This document shows, in pieces, positions 61,164 through 64,000 of a stretch of 64,000 bases of DNA (the first letter of the stretch is position 1; every line of letters begins with the position of its first letter). The DNA is from a virus. The translations under genes and the position numbers were made by a program. The notes beneath the pieces are model-generated. The model saw nothing but the letters and a program-made list of their open reading frames with translations. It searched no databases and was not told where the DNA came from. The stretch covers positions 59,583 through 123,582 of the IMG/VR virus record IMGVR_UViG_3300025362_000004. One strand, 5' to 3'.

Positions 61164-63297
61164 TGTAATCACCTACTATATACCACACTGTTGAAGTATA
61201 AGCAATTAATGTAACAGCCGCATATACAGTAGAGACGACTTTGCTTGCTGAAGAACCATTTAAAGTTACACCACTACATGCTATTGTAACATCATCACCA
61301 GAAGAATTAAATACAGTTATTTGTGTCCCAGCAGTTAGAGTCGACGGTATTGTTAATGTACATTCAGCATAGGCATTTACAAAGCCGTTATTATCTGTAG
61401 CTGCAAAATTCCTAGCTGAGCCCTGACCGTCTATGTGAGCGTATAATAGTCTGTATCCTGCCTTAACATGTGCTGTAGTTGCAATCTGTGTTGTATCTGT
61501 ACCCACTGCGGCTGTTGGGGCCGTAGGGGTTGAAGTTAAAGCTGCACTTGTAAACATCGTAGCTTTTGATTCATTCGTTACATTTTGTAAAAGTAAATCT
61601 GTTTTAAAGAGTGTTGCTGTAAGCAAACTAGCAACGCCTCCAGTTGTGATTTGAATATAACTAGTTGTAGCTGGAGTAGTTTTTGTGAATAAATCTTTTC
61701 CTACATCTGTACCGCCAAGTGACGTTCTACCTGTCGCCGCTACTAGGCCAGTACTACCACCGTCTCATTTAAGCCTATCTGTGTAGGCTGTAGACCAATT
61801 AGTCTGGTTTGTAGTCGTAGGTATACTGTATCCTGCAGTAAATGATAACGCTAATGTACCAGAACCTGTAATAGGTGAATTCGAAACTGTTAAACCGGTA
61901 GGCGCAGATAATCCCACTGAAATTACTGTACCAGTATTATCTGTAGGTGTGAATCCTAAAGCCGTAGTGACATCTAATGAAACTATAGCTGAAGTATAAG
62001 TAGGCACTCCACTATCTGTAACTTTATCATCATTAGTTTGAACTCTGTATTCAAGTTTTCTAAAACTGTCTAATATCGAATCTGTTGCAATTAAATCTGA
62101 TGCACTACCGTAAGTTGTAAAGCCAGTTAAAGCCATGGCAATTACTTGAGCATTACTTAACTGTGTGTTAGGTGGTGCAGTAAATGCACCATCTCCACGA
62201 AGATATTTAGTTGTAGCTGCTGCTGCAGGTACTAAGCCACTATTCCCTTCAGCGATTGCTGAAGAATACTGTATATTTGTAGAATTAAAAGCATTACTTC
62301 CAAAACCTGAAGTTAAAGTATAATCACCGAGTGCAGTTGTTAAGTCTGATGTTACTAAATTTCCACTTGCTGTCCCTGTTAATGCTCCTTTAAAAGTTGT
62401 TGCAGTAATACTTTTATTATCTCTATTTATAGTTATACCAGTTGTAGAATAAACAGTGTCTCCTGAATTCCATACTATATTGTATTCACCAGTTCCACTA
62501 TTACTTGCATTTACATCTACTGTGTCCGCTCATTTTACATATAAATTATCAACCATTGTCGTTGATGCCACTGTAAACGGTGCTGTTCCAGTTACTATTG
62601 ATGATTCAAGTATATTCGCTTTTAATGTACCAGTCGAACTTTGTATTTGGACATTTGTTGCTGAATATAAAGCATTCCCACTATGCCAAGGTACACTGTA
62701 AAATGTTGCATCAGTTCTACCAGTTGCAACTGCTGGGGGGAATGAGGTTCTACTATCAATTCCACTTCTTGAAACCATTGCTACATTGCCAGTTCCTGCA
62801 CCAGTTAATACATAACCATTTGTAAGTGTTGTTAATCCAGTACCACCATGAGTTACTGCAACTGTCCCAGTAACATTTGATGCGTTTCCTGTTATATTAC
62901 TAGTAGATTGAATTGGTGTAAACCCTAACCCAGCAACTACTGCTGCACTTGTAACTACTGCAGTTTTAACACTTGCCAAGCTTGTTGGTCTAACATAATT
63001 ATCTGTCCCATCTCCTGGCGTTACTTGGGTCATAAAGTGATTTGGTGTTGTGTTATTTGATGTATAAGTTGGTCTAAGCAATCTAATTTTTAAATCTCCA
63101 CTGCTATCTCTTAAAGCAATTGTATTTGCCGTATTTTCAGAAGAACTAGAATATCCGTCTAATAAATCTGCATTTAAATTAGTTACTTTTGTCGTTGAAC
63201 CAATCACAAGAGGTGCTGTTCCCGTAGAAACTAAAGAGATAATTTGTCCTGTAATTTTTTGTGCTCCGTATATTTCTGTATATCCTAATTTAGCCAT
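61159..63297 (-). CDS. tail fibre protein (712 aa) with 2 TGA=Trp
   Basis: Three track ORFs are one frame joined at TGA 62530 and 61765; LNADLLDG, TAYTDRLK*DGGSTGL, TTQIATTA fibre motifs. Confidence 0.85.
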
Positions 63298-64000
63298 TTA
63301 ATCAACCTCCGAGAATTCGCCTTCTATAACAAGAGTCCCATCTATTTTTATCTCTGCGGCTTGACCGTTTGAAGTGCCGCTTACTTCGTCTATATTTGTA
63401 AAATATGCGATACTTTTTTCAGAAATTCTATAATTTTCTCCATCTGTAATATCAAATACGTTTAAATCTTTTATATATAAATCTGTTCCTAAAATTCCTG
63501 TACTTGAGTATGTAAAACCAAATTTATATTGTCTATATGTATCTCAATATCTATCAGTTTTTAATACTATCCCAGTACCACTACTTGTCGCATTATTGCT
63601 TGTAGTAAAACTTACATCTGTAGTTAAACCAGTTACTGTCGTTCCATCTGGAAAATACGAATTTGGTAAAATAGTATCTCCAACTGTGACATCTGGGGCG
63701 CTTGTGTGTTTATTTGTATAAAGTACAATATTAGAACCATTTGTTATATCTGAATTTCAACTACCATTTAATCATCTACTACCGACTGTATAATAAATTT
63801 TAATTAAAATATAATCAGCAGATTCAAAATCTGTAAAATTATAAGCCATACTAGCTGTACGAGTAGCTAATCCTATTCCCATTGTACTCCAACCAACCCT
63901 ATATGCAAAATAAGAAGATGCGTTATTTGATGTTTGCCCCTTTATTTTAAAAGTCATTACATAATCATGTTCAGGTATTAAAGCATAATCATCTAAATAT
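63298..64000 (-). CDS. virion/tail protein, 3' part, 3 TGA=Trp
   Basis: Frame open through three TGA codons to TAA at 63298. Confidence 0.7.

Overview
AT-rich segment of a large tailed-phage genome. The host is probably an Acholeplasmatales/Izemoplasmatales-type Mollicute (inferred from InlB-B-repeat and TasA-like genes). Positions 1-30 kb are a dense RNA-gene region: about 44 tRNAs, tmRNA, RNase P RNA, a c-di-GMP-I riboswitch, two very large ORF-free structured RNAs (about 0.87 kb and 1.8 kb; the latter GOLLD-like, with a circularly permuted tRNA inside), five covarying Y-RNA-like hairpins around a Ro/TROVE-like-TerD gene, three tandem D-armless tRNA-like RNAs, and RNA-repair-type enzymes. 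Positions 30-61 kb are a DNA replication/nucleotide module (UvrD, ligase, nrdJ with a group I intron, type II topoisomerase, SSB, Sak4, DnaB, primase, RecJ, dUTPase, dnaE, DnaQ, RuvC-like). Virion/tail-fibre genes converge on the minus strand. TGA is read as Trp in a selected subset of genes, and a phage tRNA-Trp(UCA) sits just upstream of TGA-containing putative lysis genes. All calls are by eye from the sequence; no database searches were run.
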